Below, piece by piece: positions 29,188 to 39,504 of a stretch of 64,000 nt of DNA. Source of the DNA: Gemmatimonadales bacterium (GTDB lineage: Bacteria; Gemmatimonadota; Gemmatimonadetes; Gemmatimonadales; GWC2-71-9); assembly GCA_041577295.1 (NCBI GenBank), contig JBFGJG010000002.1:160001-224000 (forward strand), written 5' to 3'. The notes beneath the pieces are model-generated. The model did not search any database and was not told where the DNA came from. It saw only the letters and a list, made by a program, of their open reading frames with translations. Positions within the stretch are counted from its first letter, which is position 1. Each line of letters begins with the position of its first letter. A program made the translations under genes and the position numbers.

Positions 29188-29964
29188 TCAGTCGGGCGTT
29201 GAGAAGATCCGGTTCCAGCGGATGTTGGTCAGAAACGGCAGTGGCAGAATGCCACCCTTGTCGAAGCTGTAGTAGATCAGCAGAGGTCGCCCCGATATGC
29301 GATCTCGGCCTAAAAATCCCCAATAGCGGCTGTCAAAGGAGTTGTCGCGGTTGTCGCCCATGACGAAGAACGAGTCTGCCGGCACGACGATCGGGCCCCA
29401 GTTCTTCAGGGTGGGTCGATACGACCGGCTATCGCGGCCGCCGAGATACTTCACCTGCCAGTGGCGCATTCGGGGGTCCTCGGGGTCCGCCCCAGGGTCG
29501 GTGCGGATCACGTACGGCTCGGCCAAGGTGTCGCCGTTCACGAACAGCACATTGTTCTCCATCGAGAGGGTGTCCCCCGGCATTCCCACCAAACGCTTCA
29601 CCACGTTCACACCCGCCTCGACGGGCGACTCGAAGATCACGATATCAGACCGATTCGGCTCTCGGATAGCCGGGAGGCGTTTGTTGACTATCGGGACCTC
29701 TGCACCATAGAGCGCCTTGTTCACGAACAAAAAGTCCCCAATGAGCAGGGTGTTTTCCATGCTGCCGGAGGGGATCCGGAACGCCTCGACGAGCAGCGCA
29801 CGGAGGAAGAACCATATGACGAGGGCGATCGCGATTGACTTGATCCACTCGCGCACGGGATGGGAGGCGGACCGTCCACGCTTGCGCTCCCCGGCTTCGC
29901 GCCCGCCATTCTCCGGAGGTGTTTCTGGCTTCTGCGGCTCGGCCGCTTGCTTCTTACTGTTCAC
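29188..29964 (-). CDS. lepB: Signal peptidase I
   Basis: IPSGSMENTL, VKRLVG and MGDNRDNSFDSRYWG. GTG start overlaps the upstream stop. Confidence 0.95.
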   Translation of the reverse strand: MNSKKQAAEPQKPETPPENGGREAGERKRGRSASHPVREWIKSIAIALVIWFFLRALLVEAFRIPSGSMENTLLIGDFLFVNKALYGAEVPIVNKRLPAIREPNRSDIVIFESPVEAGVNVVKRLVGMPGDTLSMENNVLFVNGDTLAEPYVIRTDPGADPEDPRMRHWQVKYLGGRDSRSYRPTLKNWGPIVVPADSFFVMGDNRDNSFDSRYWGFLGRDRISGRPLLIYYSFDKGGILPLPFLTNIRWNRIFSTPD

Positions 29965-31040
29965 CGTCGTTCGTCCTCCGATTCTCGAGCGGGTTCTACC
30001 CAATCGGCTAGAAATATGTTCGTTTCACCCGCGACCGAGCCGAATCGATTCGACGCGAACACCAGGCGGGTACCATCGGGCGAAAACATCGGAAACCCGT
30101 CGAATTCCTCGTGCGTGGTCACCTGCGTGAGACCGCTACCATCGTCGTTGATCAAGAAGAGATCGAAGTTCCGGCCCCGAGGATTCTGATGATTGGAGGC
30201 GAAGATGATGCGCTCTCCATCCGGATGAAAAAACGGAGCGAAGTTCGCACCGCCGAGCTCTGTCACCTGCCGCTGGTCTGAGCCGTCCGCGTTCATGACC
30301 CAAACCTCCATCCGACTTGGCCGGACCAGATCCTGAGATAACAACCGCTGATAATCGGCTATCTCCTCAGGTGTCCTCGGATGAAACGCGCGATAGACGA
30401 TCTTGCTGCCATCCGGAGAAAAGAACGGTCCTCCGTCGTAGCCCAACGCCGTGGTGAGACGCTGCACGTTAGTGCCATCGGCGTTCATCGTATAGATGTC
30501 GAGATCCCCATCCTTGAGTGACGTGAAAACCACACGGTTGCCGTCCGGTGAAAGTGTCGCTTCGGCGTCGTATCTCGGGGACCGCAGGAGGACCGCGACG
30601 TCACTCCCGTCGGCCCGGGCATGGTAGATGTCATAGTCAAAGAGCGGCCACACATACCCCTGGGAAAAGTCTGGGGTCGGCGGGCAGCGGTCGTCTGTGT
30701 GAAACGTGCTCGAGTAGATCACCCGTTCACCGCCCGCAACAAAATAGCCGCAGGTGGTCCGTCCCAGTCCGTTCGACACTCGGCGGAGATCGCTACCGTC
30801 AACACGCATGACGTACTGCTGATCGCACGTGGAATCGCTCACCTGGCGCTGGAAGATGAGGTACCTGCCGTCGGGCGAGAAGTACGCTTCCGCGTTCTGC
30901 CCGCCGAAGGTCAACTGCGTGATGCGCCCAAAGAAACGCTCGCCCGCTTCGGGTGGCCGGCTTTCGGCGGGCGCGGGCTCCCCGCAACCGGGGAACATCA
31001 GCGACCCAAGCACGGCCGCTAGGATGGTCACTCGATGCAT
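29961..31040 (-). CDS. TolB-like PD40 beta-propeller lipoprotein
   Basis: Repeated FSPDG motifs and a lipobox (FPGC). Confidence 0.85.
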   Translation of the reverse strand: MHRVTILAAVLGSLMFPGCGEPAPAESRPPEAGERFFGRITQLTFGGQNAEAYFSPDGRYLIFQRQVSDSTCDQQYVMRVDGSDLRRVSNGLGRTTCGYFVAGGERVIYSSTFHTDDRCPPTPDFSQGYVWPLFDYDIYHARADGSDVAVLLRSPRYDAEATLSPDGNRVVFTSLKDGDLDIYTMNADGTNVQRLTTALGYDGGPFFSPDGSKIVYRAFHPRTPEEIADYQRLLSQDLVRPSRMEVWVMNADGSDQRQVTELGGANFAPFFHPDGERIIFASNHQNPRGRNFDLFLINDDGSGLTQVTTHEEFDGFPMFSPDGTRLVFASNRFGSVAGETNIFLADWVEPARESEDERR

Positions 31041-31204
31041 CCGTCAAGTATAACTGCGCACAGCTTGACATACGAACACATCACACACGACCGCGGCCGG
31101 CCGCCCGGAATGTGCAAGAACCCTCGCGGAGCCGCGCGATGGGATGCGGTCTCGTCGCCCCTGCGGTTCATTGAAGTGCTTACAACCAATACGCTTACCC
31201 AACG

Positions 31205-31219
31205 TGGCACCCGCCTTGC
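31205..31219 (+). promoter_or_regulatory. Sigma54 (-24/-12) promoter
   Basis: TGGCAC-CCGCC-TTGC with exact GG-N10-GC spacing, about 36 nt before the ATG at 31256. Confidence 0.7.
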
Positions 31220-31255
31220 GACTCGTCGATTCAAATGGTTCAGGACAGGGCAGTC

Positions 31256-31588
31256 ATGGAGAACAAAAAAGAACCACGTAAGGCGGGCGCGTTCCTGGTC
31301 CAGGGGCTCGGCAAGCTGTGTCTGGAAGGGCGGGACGTGGCTTCCTACCTCTTTCAGGTGCCCACCGACCAAAAGCAGTGGGCCCGGTTGCAACAAATCG
31401 TCGACCGCATAATCGAAGCGGCGTCGAAGCTCGGAATGCGCGAGCTTCCAGCCATTGGAAAGGAAATGCAGCAGGTGCTCACGGGGCCACCATCCATCAT
31501 GGCAGCCGATCAGTTGACCGCGGGGTTCGATCGGATCATCAAGCTATTGGGGTCCGCGCAGAGCGGGCTTTTCATCGCCATCCCTTGA
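31256..31588 (+). CDS. Small helical hypothetical protein
   Basis: 110-aa amphipathic helical ORF downstream of the sigma54 motif. Confidence 0.65.
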   Translation: MENKKEPRKAGAFLVQGLGKLCLEGRDVASYLFQVPTDQKQWARLQQIVDRIIEAASKLGMRELPAIGKEMQQVLTGPPSIMAADQLTAGFDRIIKLLGSAQSGLFIAIP

Positions 31589-31652
31589 ACGCGAAGATTC
31601 GCTGCATTGTGATCGCGTCGTAGACACGACCGACCATCAAGGGGTTCGTGCT

Positions 31653-32918
31653 CTAGAAGAAGAGCCCCAAATCGAAGCGACCGGCAAAGCCGGTGGCGCC
31701 TGAGAACAACCCACCAAGCGATCCCCCGCTGACCTCGAACAGAAAATGCCGGCTCTCGACACCCATACCCGCGGTGTAGCCGATTCCCTGATGACCACCG
31801 AGCACGAGTCCGAGCCGTAGTGGCACCGTTGGATCGAATCGCCACGTCGAGCCGAGATCGACCAGAAATGGCGTTCCGAACTCACCGCCGGAGCCGAGGG
31901 TGGCAGCGCCATCGAGTTGCAGGAATCGGGTGGCCCATGCGCTGGCCGCGAACCGCACGATCCGCGGAAGGGTCACGTTCCAGGCAACCGTGTCCTGTAC
32001 TTGAAACAGCGCGGTCTCGAGTGAGTCGTTGACCTCTGACAGATTGGTGGTGCTCACGACGAACGACAGGTTACGGCGTTCGACGCTGCCCAAGCTCACC
32101 GACCCGAGGTTGGCGACCATCGCCTCGAGCGCGAACCCGGACGACGGCCAATCCGCACGAACCACGAAGTCACCGACAAATCCGGACCCGGATTGCGAGA
32201 AGCCGGCCCCCGGAGTGATGGCCTGTTCCAGCTCGATTCGCGCGGCGATGCTATCGCCGACGACTTCGAGGCGACTATCGATGAGCGATTGCCCGCGGCC
32301 GTACCCGAGCGGTCGGATGTAGCGACCACCCACCCCGAGGCTGAGCTGCATCCTCCCCGAGTCTCCGAGCGGTCTCAGACGGAATATGCCATGGATCCCG
32401 TACTCGACCGTCGCAAGGACGCTGCCACCGGTATTACCGAGCGTGAAATCTCGTTGCCCCCCGACTCCGTCACGCACGAGCACGACCGCGTCCTCATCCG
32501 CGCGAAACGCGCCGTAGCCACGCGCTTGTGCAGACACACCGATGTTCAGGCTTCTGTGAAGTGGTCCACCGAAATAGATCCCACCTTCGCCCTGCCCCAC
32601 GCCCTGCAGCGATCCACCCGCGGGAACCGCATCCAAAGCGCTTACCACGTCATCGAGCAGCTCGGTATCCCGTTCGTTGACGATAAGCGCGCTGAGATCG
32701 GTAAGTAGTAGCGTGTTGTTCTCCGCGGAGGCGCCGAAAGAAAACACGACGCCCCAGTGAGGGAACAGGGTGTGGCGAAACGGGTCATTTCGCAGCAGCG
32801 GCGTTCGGCGATGTGCGCTCGACACCCGTTCCTCTTCATCCTGTATCCCTTCCGTTTGAGCGGCCAGCGGACCCACTGCCAGAGTTGCAAACATCAACGA
32901 AAGCACGGCGCGTTTCAT
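31653..32918 (-). CDS. Outer-membrane beta-barrel hypothetical protein
   Basis: Signal peptide, Gly/aromatic beta-strands and terminal GLFF. Confidence 0.7.
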   Translation of the reverse strand: MKRAVLSLMFATLAVGPLAAQTEGIQDEEERVSSAHRRTPLLRNDPFRHTLFPHWGVVFSFGASAENNTLLLTDLSALIVNERDTELLDDVVSALDAVPAGGSLQGVGQGEGGIYFGGPLHRSLNIGVSAQARGYGAFRADEDAVVLVRDGVGGQRDFTLGNTGGSVLATVEYGIHGIFRLRPLGDSGRMQLSLGVGGRYIRPLGYGRGQSLIDSRLEVVGDSIAARIELEQAITPGAGFSQSGSGFVGDFVVRADWPSSGFALEAMVANLGSVSLGSVERRNLSFVVSTTNLSEVNDSLETALFQVQDTVAWNVTLPRIVRFAASAWATRFLQLDGAATLGSGGEFGTPFLVDLGSTWRFDPTVPLRLGLVLGGHQGIGYTAGMGVESRHFLFEVSGGSLGGLFSGATGFAGRFDLGLFF

Positions 32919-33194
32919 CGCATTTCCTCATCAGTGCGTAAGGGTGGGGGCGTTAGATGGATCAATCTCTGTGCCATCTCGCCCGGGATGGGGCGAGCTC
33001 GCCGCAAATTGGGGCATTCGTCACAAACGCGAAGGGGCGCGTGGTGTGCGACGAGGGACGAAGCGGGAATTACGCGTCTATACGGCTGCCAGCACTACAA
33101 GACCGAGAGCCGGGATCGGTGCCACCCTGCTGGCGCCTTCCCCGGCCCTCTTGCCGTTTGCACGGCGTCTTGCGGTTTCACGCCCCGTGCGCGG

Positions 33195-34823
33195 CTACTC
33201 TCGGCTCATGAACGGATAGCGATAATCGACCTCAGGAACGAACGTTTCCTTGATGGTCCTCGCCGAGACCCACCGCAGCAGGTTCATCATGGAGCCGGCT
33301 TTGTCGTTGGTCCCACTCGCTCGTGAACCACCAAACGGTTGCTGGCCAACGACCGCGCCCGTCGGCTTGTCGTTGATGTAGAAGTTGCCCGCGGCGTAAC
33401 GTAACGCTTGCTCTGCGTGTCGGATCACGCTCCGCTCGCTAGCGAAGACCGCACCCGTGAGCGCATAGGGTGACGTTTCATCGACATACCGCAAGGCTGT
33501 CTCCCACTCCCGTTCGCGGTACACGTATAACGTGACCACGGGTCCGAAGATTTCTTCGCACATGGTGCGGTAGTCCGGCTTGAGCGCCTGAATGACCGTG
33601 GGACGGATGAAGTACCCCTCCGAGCCATCGCACTTGCCACCCGCGATCACGTTTGCATCGCGGGACCCCTCTGCCTCCGTGATGTAGCCCGCGATCTTGT
33701 CGAATGCCTCCTCGTCGATCACGGCGCCCATGAAGTTTCGGAAGTCGGTAACGTCGCCCATCGCGATCGCATCGATTTCGGCCAAGAGATCATCCTTGAG
33801 CGTCTTCCACAGCGTGTCGGGAAGGTACACGCGTGACGCAGCGCTGCATTTCTGCCCCTGGTATTCGAAGGCGCCACGAATGATGGCTGTCTTCACCGCG
33901 CTCGGGTCAGCGCTTTCATGCGCGAGGATGAAGTCCTTCCCGCCCGTCTCGCCGACGATACGCGGATAGGTATCATACGAGTCGATCTTTTGCCCGATCG
34001 TCCGCCAGAGGCGTTGGAAGACGTCTGTCGAGCCGGTGAAGTGGACACCAGCGAATCCCGGATGGCCAAGCGCCGCGTCGGTAATCTCCGAAGCACTCCC
34101 GGGAATGAAGTTCACCACCCCAGGGGGGAGTCCCGCCGCTTCCAACAGCTTCATGATGAAATACGCGCTGTAGGTCGCACTACTAGCAGGTTTCCAGATA
34201 ACGGTATTCCCCATGATCGCCGGCGCAGTTGGGAGGTTGCCAGCAATCGAGGTGAAGTTGAAAGGCGTGATCGCGTAAATGAACCCTTCCAGAGGACGAT
34301 ACTCGACTCGGTTCCAAACCCCTGCTGTCGATAGGGGCTGATCACGGTACAACAGATCGGCGAAATACAAGTTGAATCGGTAGAAATCGACTAACTCGCA
34401 TGCGCTATCGATCTCCGCCTGATGCACGGTCTTACTCTGACAGAGCATCGTGGATGCGTTGAGCGTATCGCGCCACGAGGTGGCCAGAAGATCAGCGGCC
34501 TTGAGAAAGACGGCCGCCCGGTCTTGCCACGGCCACCGCGACCACTCTTCATGCGCACGCCCCGCTGCTTCGATCGCCTGCTGTGCCTCCGCCTTTCCAG
34601 CGACATGCCAGTTAGCGAGCACATGCTCGTGTCGATGCGGCATGACCGCACGTCGGCAGCGGCTGGTGCGAACCTCCTGGCCACCTATGATCAAAGGGAT
34701 GTCGATTTCCTGGCTGGCCATCGAGGAAAGGCGGGTCTTGATGGCATCGCGCTCGGCCGTGCCGGGCACGTATTCACGAATTGGCTCGTTGACCGGTTCC
34801 GGTACCTGAAAGTCTCCGCTCAT
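33195..34823 (-). CDS. pruA: L-glutamate gamma-semialdehyde (P5C) dehydrogenase
   Basis: QAEIDSACE, PFNFTSI, FTGST, GETGGKDF, EYQGQKCSA and EEIFGP motifs. Confidence 0.95.
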   Translation of the reverse strand: MSGDFQVPEPVNEPIREYVPGTAERDAIKTRLSSMASQEIDIPLIIGGQEVRTSRCRRAVMPHRHEHVLANWHVAGKAEAQQAIEAAGRAHEEWSRWPWQDRAAVFLKAADLLATSWRDTLNASTMLCQSKTVHQAEIDSACELVDFYRFNLYFADLLYRDQPLSTAGVWNRVEYRPLEGFIYAITPFNFTSIAGNLPTAPAIMGNTVIWKPASSATYSAYFIMKLLEAAGLPPGVVNFIPGSASEITDAALGHPGFAGVHFTGSTDVFQRLWRTIGQKIDSYDTYPRIVGETGGKDFILAHESADPSAVKTAIIRGAFEYQGQKCSAASRVYLPDTLWKTLKDDLLAEIDAIAMGDVTDFRNFMGAVIDEEAFDKIAGYITEAEGSRDANVIAGGKCDGSEGYFIRPTVIQALKPDYRTMCEEIFGPVVTLYVYREREWETALRYVDETSPYALTGAVFASERSVIRHAEQALRYAAGNFYINDKPTGAVVGQQPFGGSRASGTNDKAGSMMNLLRWVSARTIKETFVPEVDYRYPFMSRE

Positions 34824-34914
34824 CTAATCTCCTCTACACCCAGGTTCAGCGACCTTGCCGGCACCACAAATGGTCCCTCGAACGTGGGGATGTACTGTGC
34901 GCGGGGAGCGGAGC

Positions 34915-35331
34915 TCAAAAGCCCCAGATCCCACGTGTTACGAGCTCGATACTGTGTCCATCGGGATCACGAATGTATAGCGAGCGCCCGCCCCGCGGCC
35001 ACTCCACTTCCGCCTCGATTTCGACCTCGAGCGCGCTGAGCCGGGCTCGCCACGCTTCGAGTCCCTCGGCCGTTGTCTCGAAGGCGAGATGAATCTCACC
35101 TGTCGCTCCGTGGGGTGGTACAGAGCCAGTGGGATTCGTCGTGGTGTCGGCATTGAACAAGAGTAAGACATCACGACCCGCGCGGAGAAACACGTGCCGG
35201 GTCGCGTCACGGGCTATCTCGTCGAACCCAAACACCCGCCGGTAGAACGCCGCGGCCTTTGCAAGATCGCGCACGTAGAGACTGGATTCGTGGATCCCCC
35301 CAATCGGGGGAACGGGTCTGGAATCGCTCAT
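34915..35331 (-). CDS. VOC/glyoxalase family protein
   Basis: LYVRDLAKAAAFY, HLAF and SLYIRDPDGHSIEL. Confidence 0.88.
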   Translation of the reverse strand: MSDSRPVPPIGGIHESSLYVRDLAKAAAFYRRVFGFDEIARDATRHVFLRAGRDVLLLFNADTTTNPTGSVPPHGATGEIHLAFETTAEGLEAWRARLSALEVEIEAEVEWPRGGRSLYIRDPDGHSIELVTRGIWGF

Positions 35332-35362
35332 CCCTTCTATCCCCTCGATCCCGCTATCCCGC

Positions 35363-36463
35363 CTAAAAATGCAAATGCACCTCGAGGCTGATCCGATCTC
35401 TGTCTGTCGTGACCTGCGGAATGTCGTCGAGGAGGGTGTAAAACGCCCCAATTTGCACGAACGACACGGGGAACGTCTCGAACCCGAAACGCATGCGAAT
35501 GCGCTGATCCTCCTCGACCTCGACTGATTCATCGCGGAGGCTCAGTGTTGGATCGTGGTAACCGTAGGTGACCTTTAGAAACACCCCGCGGTACAGCATG
35601 AGGTCACCTTCGACGTAGCCGACGACCTGATCGACGTCTTGCTGGCCGTCGAAGGAATCGAAGATCGCGTCGGTTTCCCCCAACAAGGTGAGTGGGCCCA
35701 GCTGGACACCGGCGAATCCACCAACGATGGACCTGGTGGCACCCGGCGCACTATTACGCGTGGCCGAGGCGCCGAATCGCAACTTTGGGAACACGAAGGC
35801 GGCGCTACCCGTGACCTGTTTGTCGCTGTTCTGGTCGACGCCCGTCGTCGTGCCATTGGACAGAGCGAGTGCGAAGCTCAGCGGGCCGGGCTCGAAGCCG
35901 ATTTCAAAGCCCACGTCGGGTGTTCTGTAGGTGAACCCCGTGACCGATCGGATGAACGCTTCGTCGTCCCACAGACGGAGACCGAACGGCAGCATGAACT
36001 TGCCGGCTTTGGCGTAACCGTTGCCTGGTAACCCTTCAACGAGCGCAAACCCCTCACGAATCAGTGCGCGATCCGGCCCAAGCGTCTGATCGAGGTAGAA
36101 CGCCAACACGTTCTGGATGAGCCGAGCCTCCACCTGCACCTGTGCCTCGCTGATCTCGAACGTCGTTCGTGGGGTAGCATCGCTCACCAACCCGGAGGCC
36201 TTTGCACGCAGATCCACCCCAATCGCGATCCAGTCGTTGATGGCGCGGTTGCGGTAGGGGAGGCTCTTCGCCGGAAGCTGCGTCTGCGCCCATGCGCTGC
36301 CAAAGTCATTACGCCCACCGCCGCCCGTGCGGTTCACGTGACACTGTGAGCACTTCATTCCGGTCCGCAGCGCAAGATACGGCTCGTCCGCTTTGAGTGA
36401 GGGCGCCGTTGCAAGCGTAGCGGCCACCAGCGACATGAAGAGGTGATAACGAGAAGAGAGCAT
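35363..36463 (-). CDS. Fused monoheme cytochrome c / beta-barrel porin (Cyc2-like architecture)
   Basis: Signal peptide, then EPYLALRTGMKCSQCHVNRTGGGGRNDFG, then a porin-like body ending VHLHF. Confidence 0.7.
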   Translation of the reverse strand: MLSSRYHLFMSLVAATLATAPSLKADEPYLALRTGMKCSQCHVNRTGGGGRNDFGSAWAQTQLPAKSLPYRNRAINDWIAIGVDLRAKASGLVSDATPRTTFEISEAQVQVEARLIQNVLAFYLDQTLGPDRALIREGFALVEGLPGNGYAKAGKFMLPFGLRLWDDEAFIRSVTGFTYRTPDVGFEIGFEPGPLSFALALSNGTTTGVDQNSDKQVTGSAAFVFPKLRFGASATRNSAPGATRSIVGGFAGVQLGPLTLLGETDAIFDSFDGQQDVDQVVGYVEGDLMLYRGVFLKVTYGYHDPTLSLRDESVEVEEDQRIRMRFGFETFPVSFVQIGAFYTLLDDIPQVTTDRDRISLEVHLHF

Positions 36464-36510
36464 GTTTGCCGTCCCCGGTTGGAGGATGACTACCGGCCAA
36501 CGAACGCGTG

Positions 36511-36969
36511 TCAGTTCGGTGGAGGTGCGCCGGCTGCAACCCATGCACGAATCGCGTCGACGTCGGCCTGCGACAGTGGAGGGCCACCTCCCAAGGGCAT
36601 GCGGCTGGCATTTCCTCCTACCGCACCAGAGTTGCCTTCGACTTTGAGGACGAGATAGCTCGAGTCGGGGTTGCCGGCCTGGATTCTGAACAGCCGAGAG
36701 ACCTGATTCGATGGCACACACACGATGTTAGCGTAGGCAGCACCGTCGCTGAGGTTCTGGCCCTCGGCGGGGTTCACGCCTGCATGGCAGCCAGAGAATG
36801 CACACCCCCCCGTGAAGATCTGCTGCACCGGTGCAAAAAGCGCGGCGTTGGGAACGGGATTGGGATCGCACACCCCCGGCGGCGGGACGACCCCCGTGCC
36901 ATCTCCGGCCAAGCAGCCCACGCCAAACATCATCCCGAGGAGCAAACCGGGCATCCCTTTCATTGCCAT
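36511..36969 (-). CDS. Lipoprotein c-type cytochrome (planctomycete cytochrome c-like, CX4CH)
   Basis: Lipobox GVGC, IFTGGCAFSGCH, AGNPDSSYL and RMP...AIRAWVAAGA. Confidence 0.75.
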   Translation of the reverse strand: MAMKGMPGLLLGMMFGVGCLAGDGTGVVPPPGVCDPNPVPNAALFAPVQQIFTGGCAFSGCHAGVNPAEGQNLSDGAAYANIVCVPSNQVSRLFRIQAGNPDSSYLVLKVEGNSGAVGGNASRMPLGGGPPLSQADVDAIRAWVAAGAPPPN

Positions 36970-37090
36970 ACCCTGTGTTCAGAGGACTCGAAGAGGCTCA
37001 TAACCTACCCGACCACTGAACTCGAGAAAAGGTTCCCGAACAATCTCACCGCGGTGGTCGAGCTTCGATTATCGCCGTAGACTACCAGTT

Positions 37091-38398
37091 ATGGCGAACC
37101 CGCATCGCGTGGTAATCGTTGGAGGTGGCTTTGGCGGCTTGACCGCAGCACAGGCCTTGCGCCGTGCCCCGGTGGACGTCACGCTGGTCGACCGCCGCAA
37201 CGTGCACCTCTTCCAGCCGCTGCTGTATCAGGTTGCGACCGGCGGCCTCTCACCGGGAGACATCGTTTCGCCGCTGCGATGGGTCCTCAGACGGCAACGC
37301 AATACACGGGTGTGGTTGTCGGACGTCACGGGGATCGATCCCGCAAGGCGCACGGTGTTGTTCTCGGATGGCACCGATCTGACATACGATACGCTCGTGG
37401 TCGCTACCGGTGTCGGCAATCATTACTTCGGGCACGGAGAATGGGCCTCCCGAGCGCCAAGTCTCAAGACGATCGAGGACGCGATCGAGATTCGGCGGCG
37501 GGTCCTGCTGGCATTTGAAGCCGCAGAGCGCGAGCCGGACCCACGCGCGCGTGCTGCGTGGTTGACGTTCGTCGTCGTCGGGGGCGGTCCCACCGGCGTG
37601 GAGTTGGCCGGGGCATTGAGTGAGCTCGCACGCGATACCCTGCGACACGATTTTCGCTCGATCGATCCCGCGGGAAGCCGCATCCTGCTCGTGGAAGGGG
37701 TCGACCGCGTCTTACCGACCTATCCGCCCTCTCTCTCGCGCAAGTGTTACCGCTCACTCGAGCGGCTCGGGGTCACGGTGCGGACGGGCACCTTTGTTAC
37801 CGAGATCACGGATGTGGATGTCGCGTTGAAGACCGCGAGTAATAGGGAACGCATCGCAACCCGCACGGTCTTATGGGCCGCGGGCGTGAAAGCTACCTCT
37901 CTCGGTGCCGCGCTTGCCGAGAAGACCGATACGAAGCTCGACAAGGCGGGACGGGTCATCGTGGAGCCTGACCTGTCGATCCCTGGTCACCCAGATGTCT
38001 TTGTGATCGGAGATCTGGCCTATGTGGAGCAAGACGGGGCACCGCTCCCTGGCGTGGCGCCTGTTGCCATGCAGCAGGGTCGCTACGTGGCGAAGATGAT
38101 CAAGCACCGTCTCGCGGGAAAACCCTACCGCCCGTTTCACTACAATGACCGCGGCCAGCTCGCGACGATTGGCCGTGCTCGAGCCGTTGCGGACCTCAAG
38201 GGGATCCGATTCTCAGGATACCCCGCGTGGTTGCTGTGGCTGTTCGTGCACCTGATGTTCCTCGTTGAGTTTCAAAACCGGGTGCTCGTCCTGATTCAGT
38301 GGGCGTGGCATTACTTCACCCGCAATCGGGGTGCGCGGATAATCACCGAGTGGCGAGCGGCGTCGGATGGTGACACCACTCGCCCGGTTCATCCGTAG
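37091..38398 (+). CDS. ndh: Type II NADH dehydrogenase
   Basis: VVIVGGGFGG, HLFQPLLYQVAT, VVGGGPTGVELAG and VFVIGD. Confidence 0.9.
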   Translation: MANPHRVVIVGGGFGGLTAAQALRRAPVDVTLVDRRNVHLFQPLLYQVATGGLSPGDIVSPLRWVLRRQRNTRVWLSDVTGIDPARRTVLFSDGTDLTYDTLVVATGVGNHYFGHGEWASRAPSLKTIEDAIEIRRRVLLAFEAAEREPDPRARAAWLTFVVVGGGPTGVELAGALSELARDTLRHDFRSIDPAGSRILLVEGVDRVLPTYPPSLSRKCYRSLERLGVTVRTGTFVTEITDVDVALKTASNRERIATRTVLWAAGVKATSLGAALAEKTDTKLDKAGRVIVEPDLSIPGHPDVFVIGDLAYVEQDGAPLPGVAPVAMQQGRYVAKMIKHRLAGKPYRPFHYNDRGQLATIGRARAVADLKGIRFSGYPAWLLWLFVHLMFLVEFQNRVLVLIQWAWHYFTRNRGARIITEWRAASDGDTTRPVHP

Positions 38399-38421
38399 GG
38401 CACCGGGTGAAAGGAGACCTG

Positions 38422-38823
38422 ATGGAACCGGAAAACATCTCTGATCGTTCTCGAGGGGTCGCCCTCGCGTTGTGTGCCGTCATCGGACCGTTTGGCGGGC
38501 ACCGATTCTATGCGGGTAAGGTTGGCACTGGTATCTGTATGCTATGCACGCTTGGCGGGCTCGGGATCTGGTGGCTGTACGATGTGATCACCATCGCCTC
38601 CGGGAGTTTTCGCGATGCTGAGGGACGCCGGATTTGGCGCTGGGCCGAGCCGGGATCGCTGGACGCCGGCAGAGATTCCGGTTTGACACGTGAGCAGCTC
38701 GACACCGTGCTGAGTGAGATCGACGGTCTGCGGGCCGATGTCGGTGAGCTCGCCGAGCGCGTCGATTTCATGGAACGAATGCTCGCGCAGGCGCGAAGCG
38801 CCGCGGAGCTCCCAAAGCATTGA
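38422..38823 (+). CDS. TM2 domain protein with C-terminal coiled coil
   Basis: GGHRFYAGKVGTG...TLGGLGIWWLYD and ELAERVDFMERML. Confidence 0.85.
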   Translation: MEPENISDRSRGVALALCAVIGPFGGHRFYAGKVGTGICMLCTLGGLGIWWLYDVITIASGSFRDAEGRRIWRWAEPGSLDAGRDSGLTREQLDTVLSEIDGLRADVGELAERVDFMERMLAQARSAAELPKH

Positions 38824-38979
38824 GGAGAAACGCTGATAAACACCAAGAGGCACAACCGCATCGCCCGAGTCGTGGGCGTGTCACTCCTGCTTCTGTTCGC
38901 CGGGTTCGTGGTCCGCGAGTCGGTGGTGGGTGGCTGCGCCGTGGGTCGAGCGATCCCAACCGGGCACGTCCCGCAGGGC

Positions 38980-39483
38980 TCAGGAGTTCCGTAGCGCCCC
39001 GTCCACTGATCGACCACGGTCCGTGAGATTAACGACCCGTGCATTCGACGCGCGTTGCAGATCCTGGGGCGTGATCAAAATCTCCTCTCCCCATTTCCCC
39101 GCTCCTACCCCGAGCACCGTCGCGTCCATCAATGCAAGATCGAGGAACGATCGGAATCCCTTCGGCTGCCAGTGAAACGGCGGGATCGAGCCGACCTCGT
39201 ACCCTGTCGTTTTGACGACGATATCAGGGCTCGCCAGCTGAATGTTGCGTGACCCGATGGCTTTTTTCAGGTGCCCGGATACAGCGCTCTTGTTCGCGGC
39301 GACCATGACCAAAACTCGCTCACCGTTGTCCGTGACGAAGATGAGCGTCTTGACCATGTGGTCTTCCGGAAACCCAAGGGCCGCGGCAACAGGAGACGCC
39401 CCTTTGGGCGTTTCGGGAGGGAAACTACGCCGCTCGTAGGGGATTCTGAGTCGGTCGAGATACTCGTGGGATGGCAGTAACAT
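38980..39483 (-). CDS. YbaK/EbsC family aminoacyl-tRNA deacylase
   Basis: MVKTLIF, TGYEVGSIPPF and VGAGKWG. Confidence 0.88.
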   Translation of the reverse strand: MLLPSHEYLDRLRIPYERRSFPPETPKGASPVAAALGFPEDHMVKTLIFVTDNGERVLVMVAANKSAVSGHLKKAIGSRNIQLASPDIVVKTTGYEVGSIPPFHWQPKGFRSFLDLALMDATVLGVGAGKWGEEILITPQDLQRASNARVVNLTDRGRSVDGALRNS

Positions 39484-39504
39484 GCTGCGAGATCACACTC
39501 CCGC

